A stretch of DNA of 64,000 nucleotides from the NCBI GenBank assembly GCA_028534125.1, contig CM052834.1:2542001-2606000 (forward strand), read 5' to 3'. The stretch's first letter is position 1, and each line of letters begins with the position of its first letter. The position numbers were made by a program, and so were the translations under genes. Positions 12,230 to 22,527 of the stretch are shown piece by piece. This DNA comes from Lama glama. Its lineage: Eukaryota. The notes under the pieces are model-generated. The model was not told the DNA's origin, made no database searches, and saw nothing but the letters and a program-made list of their open reading frames with translations.

Positions 12230-15200
12230 GTAAGTTGGACCCCAGTCCCCCAGCCCTCCAGGCTCTGGATCGCCCTGCATCTGGGCCACTTAGCCAACTG
12301 GGGGCCCAGCTGGAGCCTAGGGAAGTTGCTTCTGGAATGTTCTTTACCTGACCACACCCCTCTTATGATTGGCTGTCCCTCCCCAGCTGCCCCCACTCCT
12401 CAATTGGCTGTCTACTTTTTCTCTCTCTGCTGTCCACCTGGGATTCCTCAGGAGGCGGTGGCCTCTCCCAGGCCTGGGGAGCCCTGTCCAGGTGCTACCC
12501 ATCCCCTGCCTCCCCCCACCGCCTCCCTGCCATCCTTGTTTGCACCCCATCCCCGGCCATGACCTCTGCCTTGTGCCCACGCCTGGACCTTCTCTTTCCA
12601 GTTTTTCATCGTGCTGTTGATCATCCTCCTGGCAGAGCTGATCCTGATTATCCTCTTCTTTGTCTACATGGACAAGGTGAGCCCTCCCGGAAGGGAGGAG
12701 GTGTAGGAGTTTCACTGCCTTGGGGCTGGGTCAGGGCAAGCTGGAGGAAAGGCCCTGGCAGGTCGCACCTTTGAGGAGGCGACAGCTAAGAAAGGCCCCG
12801 GGAAGGCTTTGGTGGGGACAGTGTGGGTGGTTCATTACCTCGTGTAGTCCTGGAGTCGTCTAAATTACCCAGGGATGCTGCAGGCTGAGCTCCCCATCCC
12901 CAGGAGTACTCAAGCATAGTTGTGCTGATCACTAGGAGGGCTCAGAGCTGGCTTGGTGGCTGGGCTGGGTGATTGGAGGGTGACACGGTGGAACCTTCCA
13001 GGTGACACTGTAGGTAGGGCTCAAAGTGGAGGGAGCTGTGCTTCCTTTTGTGGAGACCTTTGAGAACAGGACAGCCGCTCCCAGGCTGTGCTGGGGTCTG
13101 GAGGAGGAGGGGTGACCCCTGATAACCCCACTGTGCTGGACAGTTCCCAGTCAAGTTGGGGAACCTTCCCCTGGGACCTGACCACCAGGAAGGATTGGCC
13201 AAGCTGCACTGAAAGGGAGAGTCATTATTAGGATTAGAAACGATAATTCTTTTAGATCTGTGAAAGGGAGGCAGTAATCACTGAGAGATCTCATGGACCA
13301 GCCCCGTTCCTCTCTCTTTATGGGAGTCATTCCCTTTAATTCTCCCGACGGCCCCAGAGGTAGATGCGGTTTTCCTGTATTACAGGGAAAGCAGAGGTGA
13401 GAGGGTCTAAGTTACTTGCTGGCGAGAGGTGGGCCCATGCTCAGAATGGCTGGCCTGCCCTCCTGTGGATCCCAGGCTGTGTTTTGAGAGCGGCAGCACT
13501 GGGGATAATGATGCTGTGGGCCTGGTGGCAGAGTTGCCTGTGTGTGGCTGGTCCTGCGATGAGGGGAGTGGAGGCGCTCTGATGCCTCTGCCTCTGACAG
13601 TTGCCGCTCTGGCCCCGAAGTGCGACCCCGCCCCAAGGCGTCACCCACCTGGGCTGGCAGGGCCTCCCCCAGAGGACGAGCTGTGGCCGCAGTTCTGGTG
13701 GACCTGGACGAGCTGGGGGGAGTGTCCCACCCGACCTGAGCCTTCCCTCACCTGACAGGTGAACGAGAACGCCAGGAGGGACTTGAAGGAGGGACTGCTG
13801 CTGTACAACTCGGAGGACAACGTGGGGCTTAAGAACGCCTGGAACATCATCCAGGCCGAGGTGAGGGGGCGGGGCAGCACACAGCGGGTGGGGCCGAGGT
13901 GAGGGGCGGGGCAGCGCACAGTGGGCGGGGCGGGCAGGGGCCGGGCCTTACTCTGCCCAGGAGACCCGGCGCTTTCTGGGTCAGACACCTCGCAGTGGAG
14001 ACAGGGGCGAGGCTGGGAGGGAGGCGAGCCGGACTGGACGCAGGAGAGGGCAGGCCTGCGGGAGCCAAGGCGAGCGGCAGTGGGGAGCAGGGAGCTGGGA
14101 CGGACGGATAATCGAGAACACATCGTCCAAGCCCTCCCTTTCTGGAGCTCTCGCACCAACGGCAGCTTATTTTAGCAGCAGGTTTGCCTCCCTGATCATG
14201 GCTCAGGTGAAGAGGCTAGGCTTCTAAGAGGAGATGATCAGTACAGCCCCCCGTGGGGCCCTGGGGAGGGGCTCCCGCCAGCCTGGGAGGAAGAGCCCAG
14301 GGGACTGGCGGCAGAGGGCTGAGCGCCCTGCCAGGTGCCCAGCGCCCGGCTCAGAGGGGCAGGTGGCGTGGCCTTCTGCCCTCTGGCCTCTGGAAGGACC
14401 TTTCACTTCCTCCTCTGCGGGCCCAGCGGAGGGCCAAATTGGGCACAAGAAGGCTGAACTCCAGGTGGCAGTTGGCGTGGGGTGGATGGCAGGGGAGGCC
14501 CAAGAGGACCCCGCGTGGCCTGTCTGACCTGTGTGTCCCGCCCCCCCACCTTGCAGATGCACTGCTGTGGTGTCACGGACTACAGGGACTGGTACCCAGT
14601 GCTGGGGGAGAACACGGTCCCCGACCGCTGCTGCATGGAGAACTCCCAGGGCTGTGGGCGCAACAGCACCACCCCGCTTTGGAAGAAGGTGAGCCCTGGC
14701 CCCCCAGGAGCCCACGTGGTGGATGGTCCTGGGAGGGTGGGCCCGGACACCAAGGAGATGGCTTCATGTGGGATGGGTGGGGGCACACAGGACAGAAGCC
14801 AAAAGGCAGGTGGGATATGGGAGTCTGGGTCCACTCTGGGGAGTCAGAGTGGCCCAGGGTCTGGACTGTGCATTGGGGTCTTGTAGGTGGGGTAGGGGTG
14901 GGGCCTGCTCAAAGGCCGGAGGACCGGGCAGGGGCCTGGGGAAGGCAGGAGGAAAGAGTGGGGACAGAGACAGAAGGGCAGGGAGGTGAGGGCTGGGCAG
15001 GAGGGCCCCCAGTCATGCCAGCGCCTTCACCTGTGGTCCTTGCCCCCAGGGCTGCTACGAAAAGGTGACCATGTGGTTTGACGACAACAAGCACGTGCTG
15101 GGCACTGTGGGGATGTGCATCCTAATCATGCAGGTAAGAGCCTGCCGGAGGAGCACACAGACCCCCAGGGAGATGGTGGCCCAGGCGGCCAGAGCCGTGT

Positions 15201-15918
15201 GCTGTTCTGCCCCTGCCCCCACCACAGTTCTTCCCTCCCAGTGCCTGTCTGACCCTGCGGGGCCCTACCACAGCATCGTCACATCCCGCTGAGCCTTGGG
15301 CCTGTGCTGGCATCACATGAAGGACCCCTGAGTTTTCTGGTGACAGGCCTGTCCCCCCAGCACGGGACGTTTGCCTTGAGACTGAGCTGAGTGGCACGCT
15401 ATGCGGCGTGTGCTGGTGTCCCTGATCCTCTGCCTCCTGCTGGCTTGGGGTCCATGGGCCAAGGGGGCACAGACTGGCGTTAACAGTCCCCTAAGTGCAG
15501 CAGCGGTGAGATGCATCTGCTGCGGCCAGACACCGCACCATGTACCTAGAACCTCACAGAAGTGACTTGGTGGTTTTCAGTGTTCCTGCCACTTTCCCCG
15601 ACTCAGCTGCCATTGAGGGTCAGGCCTTGTCTCCCCACCACGCTCCCAAACAGCAGGTTTCTGGGCCCCGAGAAGCTCGGTATGCTCTGCCCAGACGGCT
15701 CCAAGGGGCTGAGCTCCCCTGTGTGAGGCCTCCTCCGCTCTGCGCCGTCCTCGCCCCGCTGGCCTCCTCTGGGCACACGAGGGGCTGTCCCCTCTTGCTC
15801 TGGGCGCCGTGGCTCCTGCCTCAGGCCCCTCCCTGGTGTCTTTCAGGTCCTGGGCATGGCCTTCTCCATGACACTGTTCCAGCACATCCACCGGACTGGT
15901 AAGAAGTACGACGCCTGA
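12038..15918 (+). CDS. TSPAN9: Tetraspanin-9, spliced partial CDS: join(12038..12229,12602..12676,13759..13860,14557..14688,15050..15133,15847..15918); about 21 N-terminal codons lie upstream of the window
   Basis: All six exons have AG/GT boundaries and phase 0. The joined translation LCGCGLLGVGIWLSVSQGNFATFSPSFPSLSAANLVIA...CCG...PDRCC...HIHRTGKKYDA* matches recalled TSPAN9. Confidence 0.97.
12602..12676 (+). CDS. TSPAN9: TSPAN9 coding exon (TM3)
   Basis: tttccag|TTT...AAG|gtgagc; 75 nt; FFIVLLIILLAELILIILFFVYMDK. Confidence 0.97.
13759..13860 (+). CDS. TSPAN9: TSPAN9 coding exon (EC2 helices)
   Basis: ctgacag|GTG...GAG|gtgagg; 102 nt; VNENARRDLKEGLLLYNSEDNVGLKNAWNIIQAE. Confidence 0.97.
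13854..13930 (+). repeat. About 38-bp tandem duplication spanning the TSPAN9 splice donor
   Basis: ggccgaggtgagggg(g)cggggcagc(a/g)cacag(c/t)ggg(t/c)gg, two copies. Confidence 0.9.
14557..14688 (+). CDS. TSPAN9: TSPAN9 coding exon (EC2 CCG and PxxCC motifs)
   Basis: ttgcag|ATG...AAG|gtgagc; 132 nt; MHCCGVTDYRDWYPVLGENTVPDRCCMENSQGCGRNSTTPLWKK. Confidence 0.97.
15050..15133 (+). CDS. TSPAN9: TSPAN9 coding exon (EC2 end, TM4)
   Basis: ccccag|GGC...CAG|gtaaga; 84 nt; GCYEKVTMWFDDNKHVLGTVGMCILIMQ. Confidence 0.97.
15847..15918 (+). CDS. TSPAN9: TSPAN9 last coding exon
   Basis: tttcag|GTC...GCC TGA; VLGMAFSMTLFQHIHRTGKKYDA*. Confidence 0.97.
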   Translation, partial: VLGMAFSMTLFQHIHRTGKKYDA

Positions 15919-18900
15919 GCTGGCTGGCTGAGCGCCCCGGCCCCACGTGGACACTGTGCCAGGGGAGAATTCAGCTTTGTGTTGCCTGCCCGCACCCTCC
16001 AGACTGCTGACCCCTGCGCCCGCCTCCCCAGCCCGCCTCCCCCGCCATCCCCCGCAGCCTTTTCGGTGGGAGGACGCTGGGGAGGAGGAGGCGCAGAGAC
16101 TTGGGGTGCCGAGTTGCCCGATTCCTGCATCTGTGTATTTGCCAAAGAAGACAGGGTGGGCGGGGGCATGCTCTAGGAGCCCCCAGCACTGATGGGTTTC
16201 TGCCCTGCCCTTCCGCAGCTGACACTTTGTCCCCATGTGGGGGGATCGCAGCGCCTCCTCCTGGTGGAGACGCTGCCCAACGAAGGCCCCTGGCGCTCAC
16301 GGCCGCCCGAGTTGAGGAGAGTGGGTGTGCTAGTGGGGCTGCGGCTGACCGCCTCTGGGCCAGGACCCTGGGAGCATCTTGCCCAGGCTTTTTATACCTT
16401 ACAGTGTAGCTTTTTTATTTTATTTTACTCTGATTACGATTATTCAGGAATACTCTCAGATAAGTTTAGGGTTAGCTTTCTGATTTATAACTTTTTACTG
16501 CGTTGATTTCTGTAACGGTTTGGTTTTCTTTCTGAGGGTGGGTGACGGGCGGGGGACGGGTGGGGACAGAGGACGGTTTCAATCGGGACAGACAGCAGTG
16601 CACACTTGGGAGGCTCTTGTTGGGGTGGGGGGCAGCGCCAGGACACACTGAGGTGGGGGCGGGCTGGGAGGTGGGGGCCTGGAGGAGGCAGGTGGGATGG
16701 AGGTGCCGGGAGCGGTGTGGAGGCGAGTCCTGAGGGACGGCCGAGGCCTGTGCGAGAGGCCAGGGCAGGGGGCCCTCTGGGGGCTGTGAGTGCTTTGCTG
16801 GGCCCGAAGCTGAGCGGTTGGGGGTCCTTATGCTTCACTGGTGAGCAGCTCTTTTTCCTTCTTCCTCCCTCCCACCCTCTGCGGTGGGAGGGGCTCCCCT
16901 TCCATCCCATGCGGGCGTTCCCGCGACAGGTTCCGCAAACCCGTTCCTTTCACAGACATTCCTGCTAGAAACTCCGACAAATACCTCTCTAGTTCACATG
17001 CTGCTCTCTCACATTGCTTCTGGAAGGGGAAGCTGTCCTCATGTGGAGCTGCTCACATAGTTGGCAGAGGACCCGTGACTGCCAGGAGGAGCGGGTGGGG
17101 CGGGTGCTGCGACTGGCCCAGCCAGAGTCCCTGGGCTGCTGACTCCCTGCTGGGGGGGAGGGGAGGGTGTCCTTCCCGGTCCCAGGACCCACATCTCCTT
17201 CCTCCAGGTTCACTGATGTTGGGGTGGATGGCGATCACGTCCTCCATGACCCCAAGGAAAAGTACAGAAAACCCAAGAGCAGTCAGATGGGATCCTGTTA
17301 CAGTAGCCCCTGGACAAAGCAGCCTGAGGCAGGGCCTGGAGATGGATGGGCAGGGGGTGTTTGACTGCAGGGAGGTGCCCCGACCAGGGCTCATGCTGGT
17401 CTAAGTGAATTTTGCAGTAAAAAAAAAAAGTCAGGAATTCGTGGGGCTGAGCATGGAAAGTTTACCCACTAGCTAGCCAGCACCTGGAGCTCATCCCCAG
17501 ATGGGCCTCGCCTGGGCACTGCCTCCGTCCTATGCCGTTTAGCTGAGTATCTGGACCTCTTCTGGGCTGCATCTCTTCTCCAGCCTCCTCCATCTGTTTG
17601 TTCTAAGAGCTGAGACCTGGCCATCAAGCCAGCGACCCCTCCCCACCCTTAAGTCCAAGATGGCTGGGACCAGGAGTACAGAACTTCAGGTGTGTTCCAG
17701 ATCACGTTCTAGGGGGCATGGGGAATGGAGAGGAGGGTGGTCTCAGACAGCTGGGCAGAGTAAAGACCGCCTCCTGGGACAGGAGTGGGGGTTGCTGATG
17801 GGAAAGCCTGCCGGTAGGGCCTCAGGTGGAGGATGGGCTGGTGCGCCGGAGAGCCACCCACCCAGCCCTCTGGCCCTGTCTCCCTGGGAAGGGCTTCAGT
17901 GCCTCCCGGGAACCCAGATCTGCAGAGCCTGGAGCAGATGGGCCACCAGGCCACCATGAGGTCCCCTTGACAGACGAGCACTGAAGAGGCACAGTGGGAC
18001 CTGCTGCGTCATGAGTTTGTGATGGGGGTTGTTGATGCCGATTAATGCAATTTCTAATTTTTGTTCAAATCAGCAGCAAAAGCCTAGCGCCTTGGGCGTG
18101 TATGGCCTCCCTGGCGCCCTAGGTGTCTGGAGCGTCACAGGTGTCCTCTGGCTCTGGGACCCTTGCCTCAGTCTCCCTCCTCCTGCCAGCCCCCAACCTC
18201 GTCCGTCTGTCCTCAGAGCCTTGTTCACAGTTCCAAAAACTGCCTTCTTGCCTCGCCCTGTGCTTGGCTGTTTGTCACTTGGCTTGGCCCATGCTGGGCA
18301 GCAGGCTCCGGGCACGGGGTTGGAGGCCCTTCTGGGCCCCATGCGTGTCCTGTAGGGGGGTCCCACCACTGTGCGGAGGGCCTGCCGTGTGATGTCAGTG
18401 GTGGTGGCCCGGCTTCAGTTTCTCCCAGCGACGGCCTCGTGGGCAGAGCTACCAGAGTCAGCCCCCTCTGTGGCGGCCCCTTGCTAGGGCTGGAGCTCCC
18501 TGGGGTCTGATGCAGGCAGATTGCAGAGTTGACGTCAAAGGCCAAGGTTCTGCAGGTTTCTGGAAGCGCCTGCCTCATCCTGGCAGGGGAGGTGGGCGAG
18601 CAGGGCTGAGCATGGCCCTTGGAGAGGGACAGGGAGCCCAGTAGGTGCCGACAGCCCCCCCCCCCGCTGGAGGAGCACAGCCCGTCTCCCTGCCGACATG
18701 GGCCTGCATCGTGGCCTATCACTCTGGAAAGGGTGCTGACCCGCCCCAGACCCTCACGCAGGTGTTCTGGCTTGATTTGGAACCAGGTGGCCATCCCTCC
18801 TTGCGCTGGCCAAAGAGCGGCCCCGGTGGAGGGGAAGGACGTCCCCGCCTCTCCGGCCCCTGCCCACCCAGTGGTGGAGGTGCTAACAGCAGGGACCCGG

Positions 18901-19250
18901 CAAGGACGGGAGCTGGGGCTGGGTGCCCGGGTCCACTCTGCCCCTTGGCCCTTCAGAGCCCGCCTCTGGCGTTCCCGTTCCCCCAGCCCCCTCTGCCGCG
19001 TGAGGCTGAGGTCCAGGCGTGTCCAGGCCTCCCTCCCTGGCCGGGCCCTGTGCAGCCAAGGCCGGGGCTCGAGTCCACACCCTGCCCACCGGAGCGGCGC
19101 GGCCGAGCGGGGACATGCGTGCTGGTTTCAGTGCACTTTTCTGCTTGCGATGCCGGATGTGTGCGCTCCCTTCATCCTGGTCCTGGCTTTGTGGAACGCC
19201 ATGTTTTTAGCATGTTTTTAAATAAAAGCTGATAACGTGTCAACAGCACA
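15919..19250 (+). other. TSPAN9: TSPAN9 3'UTR (about 3.3 kb)
   Basis: Runs from the stop codon to the first AATAAA I found downstream; the end position is inferred. Confidence 0.75.
19221..19226 (+). terminator. TSPAN9 polyadenylation signal
   Basis: AATAAA with a U-rich upstream stretch (atgtttttagcatgttttt) and a GU-rich downstream element (ttgcggtgtttgtgt, about 19261-19275). Confidence 0.8.
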
Positions 19251-22200
19251 AGCAGTCTCTTTGCGGTGTTTGTGTCCCCTGAGCTGCGCCTGTGGCTGAT
19301 GTGGGGGTTGGGGTGAATGGGCAGGCTGCCCGCCTGTGCGCGGCCACAGCGGGGACCTCCGCCCCCTTCTGGGGCCCAGGCTACGGGTCAGCTGGGCGAG
19401 GCGGCCACTCCGTGGGCGCCTGAGCAGTCCTAACGCCCCCTGGCTCCGTGACCGGACTTCGGCTTGGTCACAGGCCCTTCGAGTGGCTTGAGCCCTCTGC
19501 ACGAGAGGCCAAGTCCCACCTTGGGTCTGTCGCCACCATAGACGGCCAGTCTCGTGGGCCGAGCCCCTACGTGGGGGGTCCTGAAGCCCCCGGGGGTTTG
19601 CTGAGGATTGAGGAGTCTGAGGAAATCTGCTCAAAGGTCCAGCTGGACTGGCGTCCCTGAGAGCCTCCCCAGGGAGAGTTACCGGGGAGCCTTGGGGCTG
19701 TGGGGGCGGAGGTAGGCACTGCTGAGAGGCGGGTGACCCTCCGTCATCTGCTGAGGACCAACCAGGTCATCAGAACGTGGGAGGAGACACTCCCCCCACC
19801 CACCCTGCTCTCACTGCTGCCCCAGCCTGTGGGCGCCCCGCTGGGACGCCGGCTGGCCCCTGTGCCGTCTGCTTCTGGGGGATGGGGTGCAGCCCTCCCA
19901 TCGGGTGAGCCCAGCCGTGAGAGGCAGGTGCCCTGGCTGGGCAGGGGTCACAGCCTGGAAGCCGGCAGAAGAGTCTGTATTTCAAGCTAAGAGCAGGGGG
20001 AGCCGGCTGAGGGGTCTGAAGCCCCGTGTGACCGGCTCAGCTCCGCCTTGAGGGCCATGGCCATGGCTACAGAGTGAGAAACAAGGGAGGCAGCAGCGGG
20101 ATGGGGAAGGTGACAGATTTGAGGGACCCACGGGAGAACTGACAAGCCTCGGTGATGGACCAGATTTGCTGGGGGAGGCGGAGCCTTCCCACCATCTCCC
20201 CAGCCTGAGCCCCTCGCCCCGACAGGCGGACGACCACGGGAACCAGAGGCGGTGCGCGTCTCCCAGGCTGCGGGCTCACGTGCGGGAGATGGGCCGAGAC
20301 CAGCGGGGTGGAACAAACCCCTCCCGTGCTGGTGTGGAGCTCCCCAGCGTGCACAGTGCGGGCGTCCGTGGGCATCACCTAGGCTGCTCCAGCTGTGCCG
20401 GCCGCACTGCGCCTGCACATCCCCCTTAGAGAGGCACTGTGTCGGCTGGGACGGGCACCGGCTTGGGAGCTGGAGGCCTGGGCTGGGCTCCCGCCCTGCG
20501 TGTGGAGTCTGCGGGAGCGCTGGGCGCTCGCTGAGCTTGTCCTGGTCGCATCACCTGCGCAGCGAGGACGACACCTACTTTGCAGGTTTGCTCTGCAGAT
20601 TCAATAAAAGCTCACATGTCAAGACGTCCAGCTTGTTCTTGGACCAGAGCAGGTGTTTGGCAAGAAACTGGTCAAATCTGGGACCTCAGGAGTCCCCAAA
20701 CTAGAGGTGGAGCTCCAAAGAAGAGCATCCCCTGGCTGGAAACTGGGGACCCAGGAGAGAGGTCTGGAGAGGAGAGCTGGTGTGTGCAGGGCGGGGCAAG
20801 CTCAGGAGACATGTGTGGGCTCGGTGGGCAAACTCCCCTCCACACCGACCCGTGCCTTTTCTGCTCTGCTGAACCGGTAGCAGCACTAAATAACCCACAG
20901 AAGGAAGAGGGAAGTCGGATTAAATGAGTGTCATCTTGGACACAAGGATATCGGCATTGCAGTGGTTCCTTCTTAAAGCATTCAGCAAAGATCGGGAGGC
21001 TATTGATTTAGCCATCTTGTTTTTGCTGAGTTTAACGACAGCCACGGAGATGGACCACTGTGTCTCCTGGAGCTGACAGCAGGAGAAACGACACTCTTCC
21101 GCAGGGCCTGCTGGGGCCAGGCGCTCCCCTTGGTGGCTGTGAGATGCAGCTCCTGGAGCCCTGCCCTGTGGCCCTTGGTGCCCCTCTGTGCCGAGGAGGG
21201 GGCACCTGGTGTCGCCACGCCTACGGGTGGAACCTGCTGCCACCCAGAGGTTTCCCTTCCGGGGGCTGCAGAGTTCTGGGACCCAGCCTCGCCCAGTGTC
21301 CGGAGCAGGGTCCATCTGGTGTGCGGCCGAGGCGGCCGGACTTCCCTCGTCCAGCGGCGTCAGGAAGCTGCTGTCTTCACCTGGCTCCCCCTGCCCAGCC
21401 CCCCCGCCCCCTGCAACTGAGTTCCTGAGTGCCAGCGTCCTCCCAGCACAGCTCTTTGCTGTCAAGACACCCCAGTTCCCGAATGGGCTCAGCCTTCTTA
21501 TTTACTGGCTGGCAACTCAGGGGCAGCCTGTGGATCTCTGGTCCCCAGCCTGGGATCCCCTAAACCCCAACTAGGGATCCAGAGAAATGTATTATGTCAT
21601 TAAAAAAAGTCCAGTGAAACTGCCCCTGCCTCTTGAAATGGTACCCAGGCCAATGGGAACATTACTTACCCTCTTGGCTCTGGTGGGCCTGGCAGAGGAC
21701 AGAGTGCAGGGACCATATTGATGGAAAAGGCTGGATGCACGCTTTACTCACTGACCCCTTCACCCCTGAAATGAGCCAGAGGGTCCCACTGGGTCCCCCA
21801 CCGTGACCTTGCCATCCTGCTCAGTCACTGCCGAACAGGGCTGCAGCCAGCGAGGGACGCAGGAGGGACAGGGGCGTGGGGGCTTCTCTTCCCCACAAGA
21901 CAGCCTCTCTACTCTCAGCCGGGGGAGGGAGTGGGGAACCGAGTCCAGCTCGAGACAGCCCGTGTGGCTGCAGCCTGACAGCCCAGCCCTCGGGGCCGAC
22001 GTGTGGCATCAGCACCTGCTGGGAAGTGACAGGCCCGCTGGCAGCCACCGCGGGGGCAGCTTCACGAAGGCTTCTCGCTGCCCACCCACCCCCGACCAAG
22101 CCCCCATCAGCCGCCAGGGCTGTTGAGACAGCTGTGCGAACCACCCCAGTGCGGCCTGTGTGCAGCAGGCAGGGGCCTGCAGGGGTCCCCCTCCCCCCCG

Positions 22201-22521
22201 GGCACACGTGTGTGTGAGTGTGCGCGCGCGCGCGCGCACGCCTGGGGGAGAGGCCGGGGCGCAATGCCAGGAGCACGCAGAGGTGCGGCCAGGCTCTCTG
22301 TATGAGTCTGACTCTGCCTGCAGCCAGAGCGGAAGACACTTGTGGGCAGACGAGAGACGCAGGACCCTACCCAGCGCAGCCCGTGGGTTCCCATCATGGC
22401 CCTGCCCGCCCCCCGCCATCACTAGTGACCTTCAGCCCAGAGCAGGGGGTCTGATGAGCCGGGCCGGGACTTCCCTGCGGAGGAGGAGGTCCAGACAGAA
22501 GGCAGCCTGGGCTGCAATCCC

Positions 22522-22527
22522 TTTATT
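22522..22527 (-). terminator. Candidate TSPAN11 polyadenylation signal
   Basis: tttatt on + (AATAAA on -), about 2.6 kb downstream of the TSPAN11 stop, in otherwise GC-rich sequence. Confidence 0.55.
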
